From assembly GCA_965228855.1 (NCBI GenBank), contig CBDDIJ010000003.1, positions 1,440,001-1,504,000 of the forward strand: a stretch of DNA of 64,000 nucleotides. The letters run 5' to 3'. Below, piece after piece: positions 9,953-19,205 of this stretch. The notes below the pieces were generated by a model, which saw only the letters and a list, made by a program, of their open reading frames with translations, made no database searches and had not been told where the DNA came from. The DNA is from Candidatus Obscuribacterales bacterium. GTDB lineage: Bacteria > Cyanobacteriota > Vampirovibrionia > Obscuribacterales > Obscuribacteraceae. The translations under genes were made by a program, and so were the position numbers. The stretch's first letter is position 1, and the number at the start of each line of letters is the position of its first letter.

Positions 9953-12508
9953 GTGAAGCTTGTCGTGATTGATAATAGAAAGTGTACAACCGAGACTCAA
10001 AGCGTTTGCCTGCGCTGCAAGCGTCGAAGCCACTTGGCACAAGCTAAGGGCGCTACTGGCTGGATTTTGAACCTTGGTCGGTGTAAGTGTGGTGACGCTG
10101 ATGTATCGGATCTCGGTCAGGACGCTCAAGGTTGTGCTACCGCTGATGGTGACACAACGAAGGGCGTCTCCCAAGATTTTCCGGAAGTTGCTGCCGGAGA
10201 AATTTCAAAGGAGCAGCTTCCTGAATGCATCGACGAGCGTTTCGACGTGATTGAGATTCTCGGAAAAGGCGGGATGGGAACGGTCTATAAAGTGCGCGAT
10301 CGAGAGACGAACTCTGTGTTTGCGCTGAAACTTCTGCATCAAAATCTTCAGAGCGATCCGTCGGTTTTAAAACGATTTGAGCAAGAAGCGAAAGCCGCCG
10401 AAGAATTAGACCATCCGAATCTTGTTCCGACTTACGCGCACGGTGTCACCAATGGCGGTGAGCCGTATTTACTACTAGAATACGTGGAAGGGGAAACTCT
10501 TGCACAAGTCATCGAGAGGGAAGGAGCGCTTGAAGAGGATCGCGCGATATCGATCTTCGAACAGATTTGCGCCGCGCTGTCACATGCCCATGAGATGAAA
10601 ATCGTTCACAGGGACATCAAACCTGCCAACATAATCTTATGTAAGTCAGCAGGTGGAGACGAAGTGGCGCGAGTTGTGGATTTCGGGATCGCGAAAACCC
10701 TCACCGAGGTGGATCGCTCAACACGCAATCTCACGCAAACTGGCGAGGTCTTCGGCAGTCCTCACTATATGAGCCCTGAGCAGTGTCTGGGTTTGATGCT
10801 TGACGAGAAATCGGATATCTATTCTTTGGGTTGTGTGATCTTCGAGGCGATGAGCGGAAAGCCGCCTTTCGCGGGTTCGAATCCTATTCAGCTAGTGGTC
10901 AAACATATTAATGACAAACCGGTTCCGTATCTTCCTAAGTTTGGAGCCTCACGCAAAGCTATAGGCTTGCAGTCGGTCGCGCTCAAATGTTTAAACAAGG
11001 AGCCAAATTTTCGGTTCGACAGCATGGAGGTACTCGGCCAGGCTCTAACGGATATTAAGCATGGTGCAAAAATTTCGTTCGATCATAACCTAGCAATTCA
11101 ATCAACCAAGCTTGAGCGAAACCTTCATCAACTAGCTCTATACTTGCCACTGCTTTTGGTGTCTGCTGTGGCAGTAGTAGCTGGAACTGCGCTGCTTCCA
11201 AATCTGCTCGGCCCTCTAGATGACCGTCTGGGTTTTTCGCTACTGTTCGGTTTATACTCTCTGCTCTGTTTCATCATCAGTTTCTTTTGTATCGCAGTAT
11301 CGCGTACATGTCTTGTGCTTGCACAAACTGGAAAGCTGAGTCGCAAGAACGCTTGGTCATCCTTGTCACTTGTTTGTTGTTCGGCTATGGTGTTGGGGAC
11401 CCTGCCTGCATCATTGTTTGTAATTTCAAGCAGGAGGTGGAACCCGCCGGCTCCATTTGCGTTACCAGTCTGGGATTGGCTGACGTTAGCTGGTCTACTG
11501 ATCTCGTTTCTCTCCGGTCTTGCCGTAGTCATAACGTGCTTATTTTTGATTCTGGATCGCGGACCGACGAAAGTAGGTTTGGCGCAGTGCGCTCGGAAGG
11601 CTCTGCTGTACGTGAGTTGTATCGTTGTGATGATTGCTGGCTTCGGACAAAGCCCGCTAGGGTATGTATTCGGGCGTATGGGCTACTGGTTCACGAGAGT
11701 TCCCGCTCAGCTAACATCTGGCGCTGATCTTTATTTGACAGAATTTGCGAGACACCTGGCACCAAAAGATCTAAAAGTGATTGATGATAGCGCGGAGGTT
11801 GCCTACAGGGAAAGAAGGTACGACGACGCAGCAAAATTCTTTCAAAATTATGCTGATCTCCACAGGCGAAAATATCCCGAGTCCGATGGTTGGATGCATG
11901 CGGTTTATCGCATCGGTCAGATTTATCAAAAACGCGGCGAGATAAAAAAGGCAATTCAGTTTTACTCAAAGATCATTGACGAACCCGCATACGGCGTTTG
12001 GCACATGTATGCTACCGACTATAGGGTATCCTGTTGGATGGCACTCAACCAGCCCCGGTTGGCGATTAAAGACTGTGATGCACTTATCTCCACATTAGGT
12101 GCCGATACAAATTTATACCTGAAGAAGGCTGTATCGCAAGAAGAATTAGGCGATCTTAAGGGCGCTCGCACAACCATTCAGCTTGTTGATGATCGTTTTG
12201 CGCTTACCGATCCACAAATTGAGGTCAACCTGGCCTACCTATCCGCCATTGAGGGGAATGAGACTCTTGCAAAAACTGAGTATAGAAAGGCGCTCGATAT
12301 GGTTGCGGATCCTTCAAACTGGAGCGACCTTGCAAAAGTCATAGCGGCGATTCAACTTGGCGAAGAGAGAGTAGCAGTAGAAAAGTTCAATAAGCTGAAA
12401 GATAATCGGTATTTCACGAGGGAGAATCTACCCGACATTTTGTTCTCGTATCCGCGGGCTTTGCGGGAAAAGCTTATGCGCTTTGTCGAGAAGCACAAGC
12501 TTATGTAG
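9953..12508 (+). CDS. Membrane Ser/Thr protein kinase with multi-TM region and TPRs (tandem paralogue)
   Basis: Kinase domain nearly identical to the upstream gene (e.g. VDRSTRNLTQTGEVFGSPHYMSPEQCLGLMLDEKSDIYSLGCV); the TM/TPR half is divergent. Confidence 0.93.
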   Translation: MKLVVIDNRKCTTETQSVCLRCKRRSHLAQAKGATGWILNLGRCKCGDADVSDLGQDAQGCATADGDTTKGVSQDFPEVAAGEISKEQLPECIDERFDVIEILGKGGMGTVYKVRDRETNSVFALKLLHQNLQSDPSVLKRFEQEAKAAEELDHPNLVPTYAHGVTNGGEPYLLLEYVEGETLAQVIEREGALEEDRAISIFEQICAALSHAHEMKIVHRDIKPANIILCKSAGGDEVARVVDFGIAKTLTEVDRSTRNLTQTGEVFGSPHYMSPEQCLGLMLDEKSDIYSLGCVIFEAMSGKPPFAGSNPIQLVVKHINDKPVPYLPKFGASRKAIGLQSVALKCLNKEPNFRFDSMEVLGQALTDIKHGAKISFDHNLAIQSTKLERNLHQLALYLPLLLVSAVAVVAGTALLPNLLGPLDDRLGFSLLFGLYSLLCFIISFFCIAVSRTCLVLAQTGKLSRKNAWSSLSLVCCSAMVLGTLPASLFVISSRRWNPPAPFALPVWDWLTLAGLLISFLSGLAVVITCLFLILDRGPTKVGLAQCARKALLYVSCIVVMIAGFGQSPLGYVFGRMGYWFTRVPAQLTSGADLYLTEFARHLAPKDLKVIDDSAEVAYRERRYDDAAKFFQNYADLHRRKYPESDGWMHAVYRIGQIYQKRGEIKKAIQFYSKIIDEPAYGVWHMYATDYRVSCWMALNQPRLAIKDCDALISTLGADTNLYLKKAVSQEELGDLKGARTTIQLVDDRFALTDPQIEVNLAYLSAIEGNETLAKTEYRKALDMVADPSNWSDLAKVIAAIQLGEERVAVEKFNKLKDNRYFTRENLPDILFSYPRALREKLMRFVEKHKLM

Positions 12509-12603
12509 TTCGCCCTATTTTTTTTGTCTGAGTGGTGGTATTTATATCGCTCCGTTCGGGAGTGCGAAGGCAGAGATCGAATTGGGTTTGTTTACCAGCA
12601 GAT

Positions 12604-13593
12604 ATGAAAATTCCCGCAACTTTACTTCTGAGTTTTTCAGTGTTTCTTTTTGCCAATGCGAAACCGGCTCATGGAGCGAGGTTTGAGCAGTGGCTGCCGT
12701 TCAAGTTTTCGGAGGGCGTGGTGGCATGTCCGAAAATTTCGCCGGAGCGGAAGGTTGGTTTCATTGATCGGGACGGCAAGACTGTTATTGATGCGAAATT
12801 TGATGCTGCGCGTCCGTTCAATCAAGGGCTCGCTGCAGTGCGCGTAAAGGGCAAATGGGGCTACATTGGGCATGATGGGAAGTATGCGATCGAGCCGCAG
12901 TTCGACGCGGTTGGCGTGCTTGATTATCCCGGTGATGATCCGATGGACTTCTCTGAAGACTGTGCGGCTGTGCGCTCGGAAGACCTTGTTGGTTTCATTG
13001 ATAAGACCGGCAAGTTTGTGATTCCACCGAAATTCACTAGCGCCTGGGCATTTAACGAAGGGCTGGCGGCGGCACAGGATCGCTTCTCCGGCAAGTGGGG
13101 TTTCATCGACAAACAAGGCAAGTGGGCGATCAAGCCGACATTCGCTGATGCCCTGAGCTTTTCCGAAGGTGTTGCAGCTGTTTCAAACAAACCGCGTGGC
13201 GCAGATGCAGGCTGGGGGTACATTAACAAGTCCGGTTCTTTCGTCGTGAAACCGCAATATGCTCTTGCGCTGGCTCACCATGACGGTCTCGCACTGGTTT
13301 TGACCCTCGACAATGGGACATATAAAGGCAAGTACATTGATAAGAAAGGCGATGCCGCTTTCACTAACATCAATTGCCACGGTAGCAGCGCCTACGGCGA
13401 AGGTCTGGCGCCGTTTCTCTCCGGAGACCGCAAAGCCGGCTTTATCGACAAGTCTGGAAAAACTGTCATCGAGCCACAATTTCAAGAGGCTCGTACATTC
13501 TCAGAAGGTTTAGCTGTTGTGCGAATCGATGATGGTCAGTGGGGTTTAATCGACAAGAAGGGCAAGCTTGTTCTTAGTCGCTCAATCAGATAG
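12604..13593 (+). CDS. Secreted WG-repeat (KWG) protein
   Basis: Signal peptide MKIPATLLLSFSVFLFANA; repeated FSEGLAAV...KWGFIDKxGKxVIxPxF units. Confidence 0.9.
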   Translation: MKIPATLLLSFSVFLFANAKPAHGARFEQWLPFKFSEGVVACPKISPERKVGFIDRDGKTVIDAKFDAARPFNQGLAAVRVKGKWGYIGHDGKYAIEPQFDAVGVLDYPGDDPMDFSEDCAAVRSEDLVGFIDKTGKFVIPPKFTSAWAFNEGLAAAQDRFSGKWGFIDKQGKWAIKPTFADALSFSEGVAAVSNKPRGADAGWGYINKSGSFVVKPQYALALAHHDGLALVLTLDNGTYKGKYIDKKGDAAFTNINCHGSSAYGEGLAPFLSGDRKAGFIDKSGKTVIEPQFQEARTFSEGLAVVRIDDGQWGLIDKKGKLVLSRSIR

Positions 13594-13756
13594 TGAGAGT
13601 GTTTTAATCGAACGACCGAATTAACGCTGTCGTGACGATATCCAATCGATAAGTTAACGGACCCATTACCCAAGGTGGAACCTGGTTTTGCCCACATCGT
13701 CCCTGGGCTGATGTGCTAGATATCACTTGGGCAATTGGTATACAGAAAGCTAAATT

Positions 13757-16162
13757 ATGAGCAAACCTTCTCATCCGGAGTTCGACGAAACCCGTCCTGA
13801 GCAAAATGAAGCGCGTCAGTTCAATCCTGCTCACGACGATCACAGCGCAATCCGCCACGAGTTGAGTGCGGTCAATCGCGATGTTTACGACCATCCTTCT
13901 GACTTTGTCGAAACACAACCGGAATTTAACACTGCCAGCGATGCCACCGGCGGCAATAGCAGTACTCGAAAAGGCGCATTGGGTCAGGCTTCGGCCGCGC
14001 TGGAAGACTTGGTGAAGGACAGTTTCGTGATTTGGAATGGTTTAGTCCAAAGAGTTAAACTTGATTTCGGTGCGAAAAATGGCAATGGTGTTTTTTCACT
14101 GAATCATATGAGCAAAAATCAAAAAGTACGCAAAGTTCTCTTCCTTTCTGCGATCGCAGCGGGATCTATCATCGCGGTCGTGACGTTGAAAACGGCCGCC
14201 CATATTTCATTTGTAAAACTGCCTACGCTCAAAGCGCAAAAGGCAGGCGTCGAAATTTACGATCGTCACGACAAGCTCGTTACTGTGGTGCAGAAAGATG
14301 AAGATAGAGAGCCGGTTGCGCTCGATGCGACTTCTCCTTTCATGAGACAGGCAGTTATTGGAATTGAAGATCGCAGTTTCTACCATCACATGGGTGTCGA
14401 CCCGCTTGGTATCACTCGAGCGATTTACACAAACGCAAAAGCGCATGAGATGGTGCAGGGTGGAAGTACAATCACCCAGCAGTTGATGAAGACTATGTAC
14501 TTTGGATTTGACGATCGCACAGCGCGACGAAAAATTCTCGAGATGTTTATGGCGCTAGATGTAGAGACTTGCTACTCCAAAGACAAGATCATGGAGACGT
14601 ATCTGAACACCGTGTATTTCGGACGCGGTGCTTACGGAATCCAACGCGCGGCGATTACATACTTCAACAAGCCCGCGAAGAAGCTGAGCCTGGAAGAGTC
14701 TGCGTTTCTCGCCGGCTTAATTAAAGCGCCTTCCGACCTCAGTAAACCTTCTAACTTGAAACGCGCGAAGATGCGCCAGCAAGATGTCTTAGATGGAATG
14801 GTCGAGTGCGGTTTCATCAGTAAAGAGCGCGCACAATCAGCCAAGGCTGCGAAACTCACCTTCAAAGCCGGTCCGCATCCAAAGCAACATCCTTATTACG
14901 TCAATCAAGTAGTCGCTCTTGTCAAAGAGGAAATCGGCGAAGATCGTCTGTTTGATAAACCGATCAAGATTTACACCAACCTAGACGTAACTGCGCAGAA
15001 AGCCGCAGAGATAGCGCTTTCCAAAGGTGTAGTGAAGGCGCCCAACGGAATCGATCAGGGGGCGCTCGTTTCAATAGATATCGAAACTGGTGGCGTCATA
15101 GCCATGGTTGGAGGCGTAGGACAGTTCGAAGCCAATCAATGGAACCGCGCCGTAAACCCTCACACCGCCGGCTCATCATTCAAACCGTTTGTTTACCTGG
15201 CAGGCTTGATCAACGGAACCATCGGACCGGACTCTGTTCTCAACGATTCACCAATAGCGATACCACTCTCCGATGGTACCGCATACACGCCGCAGAATTT
15301 TGACGGCAAGTTCAAAGGCATTATGACTGTGCGGGACGCGATCGCACTTTCGCGAAACGTCTGCGCAGTTCAAGTAGGCCAGGACACCGGCATCAACAAT
15401 GTCGTCTCGGTTGCCCGTAAGGCAGGTCTGAACGCGGACATGGAACCGACACCAGCTCTCGCTCTTGGAACATGCGCGGTGTCGCCACTGGAGATGGCGA
15501 CTGCCTATGGGACGCTGGCTCGCGGAGGCGAATACGTACAACCCCTGTTTGTCAGGCACATTAATGAACGCGATGGCAAGCTAATTAAAGAGTATGTTTC
15601 CAAACGCGAGAAGCGCTTTGAGCCGGAACCGGTTTTGGAACTGGTCGATTGCTTGCAAGACGTAGTCAAAGTCGGCACTGGAACTCGCGCCAAAATTCCT
15701 GGCGTTGCTGTCGCTGGAAAGACCGGAACTGCAGATGATTCTAAAGATGTCTGGTTTGTGGGCTTCACACCGGATGTGGTGACAGCTGTTTGGGCAGGCA
15801 ACGATGAAAATCATGCGCTCAAAGGCCGCGGCATTACTGGCGGTGTCATTGCCGCTGGAATCTGGTCCGGATACATGAGTGGGTTCTACAAAGCCCATCC
15901 CAAACCGACCGTCGCTTTCGTGGCTCCCGAGCACCCATTGACCCACAGCGCGCCGTACTACGCGATGATTCCGGCGACGTTCGCCGAGGCGACAGACGAC
16001 GTGGTCGATGGGGTGCAGGCGATCACTGAGCCGATCGTTGAAGCGATCGTGCCCGGAGGTTCGTCTGAGTCGACGCATACTACAACGGTTTCGCACCATA
16101 AAGAGAAGAAACACGGCGGTTTCTTCCGCAAGCTGTCGCAAGGATTCAAGAAGATTTTCTAG
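13757..16162 (+). CDS. Class A penicillin-binding protein (PBP1A family, transglycosylase/transpeptidase)
   Basis: EDRSFYHHMG, QGGSTITQQL, YLNTVYFG; transpeptidase motifs SSFK, SRN, KTGT. Confidence 0.95.
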   Translation: MSKPSHPEFDETRPEQNEARQFNPAHDDHSAIRHELSAVNRDVYDHPSDFVETQPEFNTASDATGGNSSTRKGALGQASAALEDLVKDSFVIWNGLVQRVKLDFGAKNGNGVFSLNHMSKNQKVRKVLFLSAIAAGSIIAVVTLKTAAHISFVKLPTLKAQKAGVEIYDRHDKLVTVVQKDEDREPVALDATSPFMRQAVIGIEDRSFYHHMGVDPLGITRAIYTNAKAHEMVQGGSTITQQLMKTMYFGFDDRTARRKILEMFMALDVETCYSKDKIMETYLNTVYFGRGAYGIQRAAITYFNKPAKKLSLEESAFLAGLIKAPSDLSKPSNLKRAKMRQQDVLDGMVECGFISKERAQSAKAAKLTFKAGPHPKQHPYYVNQVVALVKEEIGEDRLFDKPIKIYTNLDVTAQKAAEIALSKGVVKAPNGIDQGALVSIDIETGGVIAMVGGVGQFEANQWNRAVNPHTAGSSFKPFVYLAGLINGTIGPDSVLNDSPIAIPLSDGTAYTPQNFDGKFKGIMTVRDAIALSRNVCAVQVGQDTGINNVVSVARKAGLNADMEPTPALALGTCAVSPLEMATAYGTLARGGEYVQPLFVRHINERDGKLIKEYVSKREKRFEPEPVLELVDCLQDVVKVGTGTRAKIPGVAVAGKTGTADDSKDVWFVGFTPDVVTAVWAGNDENHALKGRGITGGVIAAGIWSGYMSGFYKAHPKPTVAFVAPEHPLTHSAPYYAMIPATFAEATDDVVDGVQAITEPIVEAIVPGGSSESTHTTTVSHHKEKKHGGFFRKLSQGFKKIF

Positions 16163-16291
16163 GAGATCTTAGAATCCGCTAACCCTGAACCGGTGCTTAT
16201 TGCAACGTTTCTGTGAAATTCAGGGGCTGCGCTGTTGCAGCTTGGTGAGGTTTCAAGTACAGTTCCGGTTTGGAAACCGGCGCGTGCAACC

Positions 16292-18055
16292 ATGCTCAGA
16301 CTTGATCGAATAAGTAAGATTTATCCCAACGGCGAGCCACTCATAGATGCGAGCTGGGAGGTAAAAACATCGGAACGCGTTGGCCTCGTGGGCGCCAACG
16401 GTGCCGGTAAGACAACGCAGTTTCGCATCATTATGGGCGAAGTCGAGCCGAGTTCGGGCGATGTGTTCAAGCCGAAAGATTGCCGGATCGCTTACCTGAC
16501 CCAAGAGTTCGAGCTGAATCAGGAGAACACCATTCGTGAAGAGCTGTTGAGCGCCTTCACCGAAGTCGCTGCTGTGCAGCGCCAACTCAACCAGGTGCAC
16601 AAAGATCTTGAAACCGCCGAGGGCGACGTGCTGGACAAGTTGCTGCGCAGAATGGACAACCTGCAGCGCGAATTTGAAGGTCTGGATGGCTACGGGCTCG
16701 AGAAGCGCGTGGACAAGGTTATGCCGGAGATCGGTTTTAGTCCGGAAGACGCGGACAAACTTGTATCATCGCTTTCCGGTGGTTGGCAGATGCGGGTCGG
16801 CTTCGGCAAGATGATGCTGAGAGAGCCTGATTTGCTGCTACTCGACGAACCTACCAACCATATTGATTTGGAAACGATCGAATGGTTCGAGTCATACCTG
16901 ACAAAACAGACGGTACCGATGGTGGTGGTATCGCACGACAGGCAGTTTTTAGACAAGATTTGCACGAAGATCGTCGAGATTGAAAAGGGCGTATCGACCT
17001 GCTACTCGGGCAATTATTCTGCTTACATAACTCAGAAGGAAGAGGCGATTGCCGCTCAGCAATCCGCTTTTGAGCGCCAGCAAGCCGAGATTGAGAAACA
17101 AGAAGTGTTTATCGAGCGGTTTCGCGCTAGCGCAAATCGCAGTACACAAGCTAAAAGCCGTGAGAAGCAGCTGGAGAAATGGGACATTATCGACGCTCCG
17201 GAAAATGGACCGCGAGTGTTGGAATTTCGCTTCCCGCCTTCTCCTCGCTCAGGCAAAGAAGTGGTCGAGGTGCGCAATCTCTGCCATGCTTACGGCGATA
17301 ACATTCTGTTTCTTGACGCCAGCCTTGAAGTCGAGCGGGGCGATCGCATCGCATTGCTCGGTCCGAACGGCTGTGGGAAATCGACGTTACTGAGACTCAT
17401 AGCCGGGCATGAGAAGCCGCTTGACGGCGTGGTGCGTATGGGTGAGCACAACATTCTGCCTGCGTATTTCGAGCAGAATCAAGCGGAAGCACTCGACGTC
17501 GAGAAGACTGTTCTTGCCACTATTGCTGATGAAGTCACCACTTGGAAAGACTCGGAAATTCGCGGTCTGCTTGGTCGGTTTTTGTTTAGCGATGACACGG
17601 TTTTCAAAAAAGTTTCGGATCTGAGCGGTGGCGAGAAGGCGCGTCTGGCACTGGCTAAGATGCTTACCAGACCAGCAAATTTCCTGATCCTGGACGAGCC
17701 GACTAATCACCTTGATATCCCCGCAAAGGAAACTTTAGAGGCGGCGCTAAATGGTTTCGACGGTACGATAATTCTCGTCAGCCACGACCGTTACTTTATC
17801 TCGAAGATCGCCAACAAGATCGTAGAGATTAAAGGTTCGGAAATGCGTGCATTTGCCGGTGGTTATGAGTATTATCAGGAGAGAATTGCCCTGGAGAAGG
17901 AACGGGCGCTGCACGCCAAAGCTGAAAGAGTAAGACAAACAGAGTTGGACGCAAAGCGCGAGAAGCAGCGAGCCAAGGATAAAGTGAAGGAAGACGCCCG
18001 ACGCGACGCCAAGAAAGCCGCAAAAGAACTCAAACGAGTACAGAGCGACGGATAG
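16292..18055 (+). CDS. ABC-F family ribosome-associated ATPase
   Basis: Two ABC domains (GANGAGKT/LSGGW/LLLDEPTNH and GPNGCGKS/LSGGE/LILDEPTNH), inter-domain linker, no TM segments; ATG at 16292 chosen as start. Confidence 0.95.
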   Translation: MLRLDRISKIYPNGEPLIDASWEVKTSERVGLVGANGAGKTTQFRIIMGEVEPSSGDVFKPKDCRIAYLTQEFELNQENTIREELLSAFTEVAAVQRQLNQVHKDLETAEGDVLDKLLRRMDNLQREFEGLDGYGLEKRVDKVMPEIGFSPEDADKLVSSLSGGWQMRVGFGKMMLREPDLLLLDEPTNHIDLETIEWFESYLTKQTVPMVVVSHDRQFLDKICTKIVEIEKGVSTCYSGNYSAYITQKEEAIAAQQSAFERQQAEIEKQEVFIERFRASANRSTQAKSREKQLEKWDIIDAPENGPRVLEFRFPPSPRSGKEVVEVRNLCHAYGDNILFLDASLEVERGDRIALLGPNGCGKSTLLRLIAGHEKPLDGVVRMGEHNILPAYFEQNQAEALDVEKTVLATIADEVTTWKDSEIRGLLGRFLFSDDTVFKKVSDLSGGEKARLALAKMLTRPANFLILDEPTNHLDIPAKETLEAALNGFDGTIILVSHDRYFISKIANKIVEIKGSEMRAFAGGYEYYQERIALEKERALHAKAERVRQTELDAKREKQRAKDKVKEDARRDAKKAAKELKRVQSDG

Positions 18056-18069
18056 ACGAGGAACCCAAA

Positions 18070-19182
18070 ATGTACTCTCCTGCACAGTCACCACAAGCTG
18101 ATGAAACTGGGCAGTCGTCGCCATTGTCGATGCTTATGTCCGATCCGATTCTGCACGGATTTATCAACTATCTGACCGAGAAGAAGATAGAACAAGAACG
18201 GCATCCGGACAAGAATTTCACCATTGAGGTTTCGCGCGATGATCTGGCTTCGATGCGCGAATCCTTCAAGAAAACAATTTTGGATGGCGAGTGGCATCTT
18301 CACTCTCTCGGTCATTTGCTCGCGACAATATTGCTGGATGGAACATTCGAGTTGCATTCCAACGTTATCGGAGCCTTGCCGGGAGACGATTCCCGCCCAT
18401 TTTTGATACGCGAGCGTATCACGCGCGAGACGTTGTTCTCAGTCACAGACGTTGATCTGGGTAACCATCTGGTGCATAACTTTCGCTATCAACAAAAAGG
18501 TGAATGGTTGCCGCTTACATTGAGCGCGAATTTTGTTGAGTATGTTCCGCTTTCTCGCCCGCTCAGCGGCGTAAACCGGCTTACAAGCAGGGTTAAGGCG
18601 GAGGAGGAGTTGTGGAACAAAGTGATCGATGAGATCTTTGTTCTCGACGAAATGTTGACGCGCGACAAACACTTGCGTCAATACAGCAAGTTTATCAAAG
18701 ACATTTTTGGAATTAAGATCATTTGCGAAGACGAAGCGACCTGCATGCGTGTGCACGAACAGCTAGAGCGAATGAGCGTTTGCGAGTCTGACATTTCGCG
18801 GATGCAAGAACTTTGCGACATCAATATGCCGATTAAGCGAGTGGGTAAAGAACGCTTGCTCGAGTTTCTCGAAACCAAAGACTACCTGACCTGCGATCAA
18901 TCGAAGATGAAAAAGACCGGCTGGAGAGCGCTTAAAAGCGTTGCTCGCTGGCGCGATCGATTGTTTGAAATTCAAATTCAGCCTCTGGCTAATTATTATT
19001 TGGAACTCGATCATATGTCTGGTCCTTCGCACAAATCGTTTAAAACGCAACGTGACGCGCTACGTGATGAAGTCTCGAAAGTCGTTCCACTGTACGGTTT
19101 TTACCGTGATATCTTGAAGAACCTCTTCATGAATACCGATAAGTCGTTCGAGTATGAGAACGCGAAGGTTGTTCTGACCTAA
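18070..19182 (+). CDS. Divergent RelA/SpoT-synthetase-like nucleotidyltransferase domain protein
   Basis: Motifs SRVK, DIFGIKI, KDYL, KKTGWRALKS and EIQIQP occur in the order of the RSH SYNTH motifs RxK, DxxGxR, DY..K..GY.S.H, EIQIRT. Confidence 0.65.
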   Translation: MYSPAQSPQADETGQSSPLSMLMSDPILHGFINYLTEKKIEQERHPDKNFTIEVSRDDLASMRESFKKTILDGEWHLHSLGHLLATILLDGTFELHSNVIGALPGDDSRPFLIRERITRETLFSVTDVDLGNHLVHNFRYQQKGEWLPLTLSANFVEYVPLSRPLSGVNRLTSRVKAEEELWNKVIDEIFVLDEMLTRDKHLRQYSKFIKDIFGIKIICEDEATCMRVHEQLERMSVCESDISRMQELCDINMPIKRVGKERLLEFLETKDYLTCDQSKMKKTGWRALKSVARWRDRLFEIQIQPLANYYLELDHMSGPSHKSFKTQRDALRDEVSKVVPLYGFYRDILKNLFMNTDKSFEYENAKVVLT

Positions 19183-19205
19183 CTCTCAATCAGAGAGCTC
19201 GCGGT

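Noticed and set aside
7277..12508. Diversity-generating retroelement or assembly artefact behind the duplicated kinases
   Set aside because: The copies differ at many synonymous sites rather than only at adenines, and there is no reverse transcriptase; this is an ordinary older duplication.
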